In this document: piece by piece, positions 60,104 through 64,000 of the stretch
Numbering within the stretch: position 1 is the first letter of the stretch
Layout of the letters: each line of letters starts with the position of its first letter
DNA from: Acidobacteriota bacterium
GTDB taxonomy: Bacteria > Acidobacteriota > UBA6911 > RPQK01 > JAJDTT01
Direction of reading: 5' to 3'
Assembly (NCBI GenBank): GCA_965263035.1
Contig: OZ253580.1
Location: forward strand, 288,001-352,000
DNA length: 64,000 bases
Notes under the pieces: model-generated
What the model saw: only the letters and a program-made list of their open reading frames with translations
The model's database searches: none
What the model was told of the DNA's origin: nothing
Made by a program: the position numbers and the translations under genes

Positions 60104-61989
60104 GCCACAGCCATGGGGCCGGCGCGGCCGTCCCCGTTTCGAAGGCCCGGCCTGGAGACTCCACCCGCTTGCGCACCGTCGCCGTCGTGGGCCCGCCCAA
60201 TACCGGGAAGTCGACTCTTTTCAACCGGTTGACCGGGCTCCGCCAGCGCGTGGCCAACTATCCCGGCGTCACGGTGGAGAAACGGATCGGGCGTGCCCGC
60301 CTCCCTGGAAAGACCGAAGTCCACCTGATCGATCTGCCCGGCATCTACAGCCTCGAGCCCCGGTCGGAAGACGAGCGAGTGGCCCGGGACGTCCTCACCG
60401 GACGAATGCCGGGCGTCTCCAGTCCGGACGCCGTCATTCTGATCCTCGACTCCACCAATCTGGGGCGCCATCTCGGATTTGCCGCTCCCATCCTCAGCCT
60501 GGGAATCCCGACCCTGGTGGTCCTGAACATGGCCGATTCCCTCCGGAGCCGCGGCGGAGGTCTCGACCTGGACACGGTGGCGCAACAGATCGGGGCGCCC
60601 GTCGCCTTGGTCAGTGCCCGGACCGGAGAGGGGACCGAGGCGATCCGGGAGTTCCTGGTGGGCGCCCTGGCCGTCCCTACCCCCTTGGAACTGCCGGTGA
60701 TTCAGGATGTTCGCCGTTGCCGGGAGTGGTCGGCGCAGATCGGCGATGCAGCGGAATACCGTCCCCCGGCTCCACCCCTCTGGACGCGGCGCCTCGACGC
60801 CGTGCTGCTCCATCCGGTGGCGGGTCTCCTCATCTTCGTAGCGGTGGTGGTCGCCGTCTTCCAGACGGTTTTCACCATTGCCATTCCCCTCATGGATGCC
60901 ACCGGCGCCATGGTCTCCACCTCGGGAGAGTGGGTCCACGCCTTGTTGCCCGACTCCTGGTTCCGCAGTCTCCTGATCGAAGGGGTCTGGGGAGGAGTGG
61001 GATCGGTGGTGATCTTTCTGCCCCAGATCCTGTTGCTGTTCCTCTTTATCGGCGTGCTGGAGGACTCGGGCTACATGGCTCGAGCGGCGCTCATCGCCGA
61101 CCGGACTATGGCCCGGGTGGGCCTCCAGGGGAAGTCCTTCATTCCCCTGCTCTCGGCCTACGCCTGTGCCGTCCCGGCCATCCTGGCCACCCGGACCATC
61201 GAGAACAAACGGGACCGGATCGCCACCATCATGATCGCGCCCTTCATGACCTGCTCGGCCCGGTTGCCGGTCTATACGCTGGTGATCGCCGCCTTCATTC
61301 CGGAACGCCCCGTCCTGGGCGGATTTCTGGGCACCCGGGCGGCGACCATGCTGGGATTGTACCTGCTCGGATTCCTGGCGGCTATCCTGACCGCGTGGGC
61401 GCTCAAGTCGTCGATCCTTCGGGGAACGGGAGCTCCCTTCTCCCTGGAGATGCCTCCTTACCGGCTTCCCGGCATCCAGTCGCTGTTGCTTCGCCTCGTG
61501 GACCGCGCCAAGATCTTCCTGCGGCGCGCCGGCACCATCATTCTGGCGACGACCATCGTCCTGTGGTTTCTAGCCAGTCTCCCGCGCCAGAATGGAGAAG
61601 CCCCCCCGATTTCCGAAAGCGTCATCGGGACCGTGGGGCGGACCATCGAACCGGTCATCGAGCCCCTTGGATTCGATTGGAAGATCGGCATCGGACTCAT
61701 CACCTCCCTGGCCGCCCGAGAAGTGATCGTGGGAACGCTGGGGACCATCTACGGGATGGAAGCGGACGAAGGCTCCCGGGATCTGCAACAGGCTCTCAGG
61801 GGCGACCTGGATCTGGGCGGCGCCGTGGCGCTTCTGGTCTTCTTCGCCTTCGCCATGCAGTGCATGTCCACGGTGGCGGTGGTGCGGAGGGAGACGGCCG
61901 GGTGGCGCTGGCCGGTGGCGCAGTTCGCCTACATGACGCTGCTGGCCTATGTCTCGGCCTATCTGGCCAACCAGATCATCGGGCCGTGA
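60100..61989 (+). CDS. feoB: Ferrous iron transport protein B
   Basis: GPPNTGKS, VANYPGVTVE, DLPG, NMAD, EDSGYMAR, PFMTCSARLPVY. Confidence 0.96.
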   Translation: MSHSHGAGAAVPVSKARPGDSTRLRTVAVVGPPNTGKSTLFNRLTGLRQRVANYPGVTVEKRIGRARLPGKTEVHLIDLPGIYSLEPRSEDERVARDVLTGRMPGVSSPDAVILILDSTNLGRHLGFAAPILSLGIPTLVVLNMADSLRSRGGGLDLDTVAQQIGAPVALVSARTGEGTEAIREFLVGALAVPTPLELPVIQDVRRCREWSAQIGDAAEYRPPAPPLWTRRLDAVLLHPVAGLLIFVAVVVAVFQTVFTIAIPLMDATGAMVSTSGEWVHALLPDSWFRSLLIEGVWGGVGSVVIFLPQILLLFLFIGVLEDSGYMARAALIADRTMARVGLQGKSFIPLLSAYACAVPAILATRTIENKRDRIATIMIAPFMTCSARLPVYTLVIAAFIPERPVLGGFLGTRAATMLGLYLLGFLAAILTAWALKSSILRGTGAPFSLEMPPYRLPGIQSLLLRLVDRAKIFLRRAGTIILATTIVLWFLASLPRQNGEAPPISESVIGTVGRTIEPVIEPLGFDWKIGIGLITSLAAREVIVGTLGTIYGMEADEGSRDLQQALRGDLDLGGAVALLVFFAFAMQCMSTVAVVRRETAGWRWPVAQFAYMTLLAYVSAYLANQIIGP

Positions 61990-62007
61990 GCTCCCGGAAC
62001 GGGTCGC

Positions 62008-63399
62008 TCATCCGATGGCGTCCTGAATCCCTCTCAAGGACGCATTGAAGGCGGGCACGCTGACGCTCAGGACGTCATATTCGGTGAGACGGGCCACCAC
62101 CAGATCTCGCGACGGAATCACCAGCGTGTTCTGGCCTCCGGCCCCGGCGGCATAGAAAGCATCGGCGGGGGCGTCCCAGACTCCGGTCGTATTGAGCCAC
62201 CACATGGCGCCATAACGCGATTCGCTCGGTTCCCCCTCCTCGTTGAACCACGCCGGCGCCGGGGTGCGGACGAACTCCACGAAATCTTCGGGCAGCAGCC
62301 GCTCCCCCTGCCAGACGCCCTCTTGCAGATACAGCAGCCCGATCCGGGCCCAGTCCCGGACCGTCCCGTACTCATAGCCGGAGAGGATGAAGTTGCCGTA
62401 GGGGTCCGTGTCCAGCACCATCCTGCGGATCCCGATCCGGTCGAAGAGGGATCGCTGCGGGAAGGTGTGGTATTGCTCTCCCCGTTGCTCCACAGCCCGG
62501 CGGACCAGGTAGCCCAGAGTCAGGGGATCGCAGTTGCGGTACCGTCCGACGGTGCCGGGAGGAAAGCGAAGCCGGCGCGAGACGGCGTACTGGAAGACGT
62601 CCAGAGCGCAGGGATAGACATAGTAGTGATCCGGGTAGGCCGTGGAGATCCGGTAGGTTCCCTGCGGTGTCTGCTCCATCACTTCGTAAAGCGTGAAATC
62701 GAGTCCGCTGGACATGCGAAACAGGTCCTCCATCCGGATCCGGCGCCGTGGATCGTCCGGCGTCTGCCACTCGGGCACCGGCGCCGGGCCGGTCATCTTC
62801 AGCCGCCCCTGCTGAATCAGGCGTCCCGCCAGCGTGCCGGTCAGGCTCTTGCCCATGGACCAACTCTCCAGCAGCGTGTCCTTGCGGATCTCCGGCGCAT
62901 AGCGCTCGGCGACGAGACGGCCCTTGTAGACCACCGCCATGGAGGTGGTCCGGGCCGGCGGTTGGAAGGCGAGTTCGACCGCCGCCCGCAGCCGCTCCTC
63001 ATCCACTTCGGGTGGGAGGGGATCCTCAGGGATGAGGTCCCCCATGGGCCAGGGCTGGGTATCGGCCGGGGGCAGAGCGGTCCGCACCGGAACCGGATCG
63101 AAGTAGATTCCGTCGTGGTCCCGGGGATGAACGATGCATCCCTGGTCGCCGTAGAAACCGGCGGTGCGCCGGTAGCCACCGGGGAGGGTCGCGTGAACCC
63201 GCTTTCGGTCATAGTCGATGACGTCGTCGAGGTGCTCCAGGTCCGACTCGGGCAGTTTCAGCAGGTCCACGGCCACGTTTCGGCTGTGCCTTCGCGCCGC
63301 TTCCTCCCCGGTTCCGGTGACGAACACGGCCGAGCAGAGGAGCTTCGCGTACCCGGCCAGACCGAGGTCGCTGGGGTCCTGATCCTTGGCTTCCTTCAT
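62008..63399 (-). CDS. Serine hydrolase (class C beta-lactamase / NylB-like)
   Basis: SWSMGKS (SxxK), MSSGL, DWARIGLLYLQ. Confidence 0.85.
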   Translation of the reverse strand: MKEAKDQDPSDLGLAGYAKLLCSAVFVTGTGEEAARRHSRNVAVDLLKLPESDLEHLDDVIDYDRKRVHATLPGGYRRTAGFYGDQGCIVHPRDHDGIYFDPVPVRTALPPADTQPWPMGDLIPEDPLPPEVDEERLRAAVELAFQPPARTTSMAVVYKGRLVAERYAPEIRKDTLLESWSMGKSLTGTLAGRLIQQGRLKMTGPAPVPEWQTPDDPRRRIRMEDLFRMSSGLDFTLYEVMEQTPQGTYRISTAYPDHYYVYPCALDVFQYAVSRRLRFPPGTVGRYRNCDPLTLGYLVRRAVEQRGEQYHTFPQRSLFDRIGIRRMVLDTDPYGNFILSGYEYGTVRDWARIGLLYLQEGVWQGERLLPEDFVEFVRTPAPAWFNEEGEPSESRYGAMWWLNTTGVWDAPADAFYAAGAGGQNTLVIPSRDLVVARLTEYDVLSVSVPAFNASLRGIQDAIG

Positions 63400-63509
63400 G
63401 GGGGTACTATACGAGCCTGGGGCAAGAGCCGCCCCTGCCCTGCGACGAAATGCCGCCCGATGGAGGGAGGGCGCCCGGCCGCGATGCGCGACCGGGCGTG
63501 TCTTTCAGT

Positions 63510-63746
63510 TCACTTCAGGTCGGCGATGGAGGCGCCGAAATTGATGTGATACGGTTTGCCGTCCACGACGAACGCGGGGACCGACGCAACGCCGGCCGCT
63601 TCGGCCTCGGCGATGCGGTCGGGCGTTTCACCCAGGTGAACAACTTCCACAGAGTAGTCCTGAGGGTTGAGCGCCTGCGCGAACTGGGTCTCGGCATCGA
63701 CGCAGACCGGACAGCCGGCGTGGTAGAAGGTGGCCTGTCTTGACAT
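63510..63746 (-). CDS. Small thioredoxin-family protein
   Basis: FYHAGCPVC, SVPA, HINFGA; AAGGAG RBS. Confidence 0.85.
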   Translation of the reverse strand: MSRQATFYHAGCPVCVDAETQFAQALNPQDYSVEVVHLGETPDRIAEAEAAGVASVPAFVVDGKPYHINFGASIADLK

Positions 63747-63785
63747 GGTTGAGTCTCCTTTCCGGTTGATGGTTGGTTCTCGGAA

Positions 63786-64000
63786 TCAGTTTTCGCTCGC
63801 CTCCTCGGGGTGAGTGGCCCGCTGCTCCAAGGGCTTCACCGCCAGGAATCGTTGCCAACGCTGCTTTCTCACCGACTCGTCGGCCGGTATGTGGTCGCCG
63901 CAGTCGACGCGCAGAGACACGGAACCGAACGGCGCGTCCACGAATTCACAGTGATGCGGCCGGACCGCATCCGAATGGACGTAGGGTCGGAAGAAGCGGC
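63786..64000 (-). CDS. C-terminus of a probable MarR-family regulator with a Cys/His metal-binding tail (partial)
   Basis: Manual translation RFFRPYVHSDAVRPHHCEFVDAPFGSVSLRVDCGDH...; only the tail is visible, so MarR is inferred from family resemblance. Confidence 0.55.
   Translation of the reverse strand, partial: RFFRPYVHSDAVRPHHCEFVDAPFGSVSLRVDCGDHIPADESVRKQRWQRFLAVKPLEQRATHPEEASEN

Noticed and set aside
32449-64000. Selenoproteins (UGA read-through) suggested by selA
   Set aside because: No in-frame TGA at a catalytic Cys position with continued homology was spotted; the redox motifs seen use Cys. This was a manual, non-exhaustive check.

Overview
GC-rich bacterial chromosomal window, probably Acidobacteriota (inferred from two VWFA-related acidobacterial-type proteins, a DUF1549/DUF1553+DUF1501 pair, the split gcvPA/gcvPB and Tat-tagged catabolic enzymes). 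The left half is mostly housekeeping: ribE, trpS-scpA-scpB-rluB, ccsA-hemACD, gcvT-H-PA-PB, comEC, purH-coaX and selA. The right half is accessory: catabolic enzymes, feoAB, TA modules and mobile DNA. The features the ORF track does not show are the most notable. (1) A structurally complete-looking 630-nt ORF-less class IIC group II intron (23840-24469, minus strand) sits at the tip of a GGAG-type REP palindrome, and a probable scar of a second insertion lies at the same REP position near 5469. (2) A dispersed REP/REPIN family has at least 7 loci. (3) A DUF4338(DruA-like)-fused IS4 transposase is split by an IS3 element that carries about 570 nt of hairpin-rich non-coding 3' DNA. (4) An intact-looking frameshifting IS630 element, a solo IS3 end and a 3' remnant of a second, non-IIC group II intron are also present. 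All calls come from reading sequence motifs; no database searches or folding computations were run.
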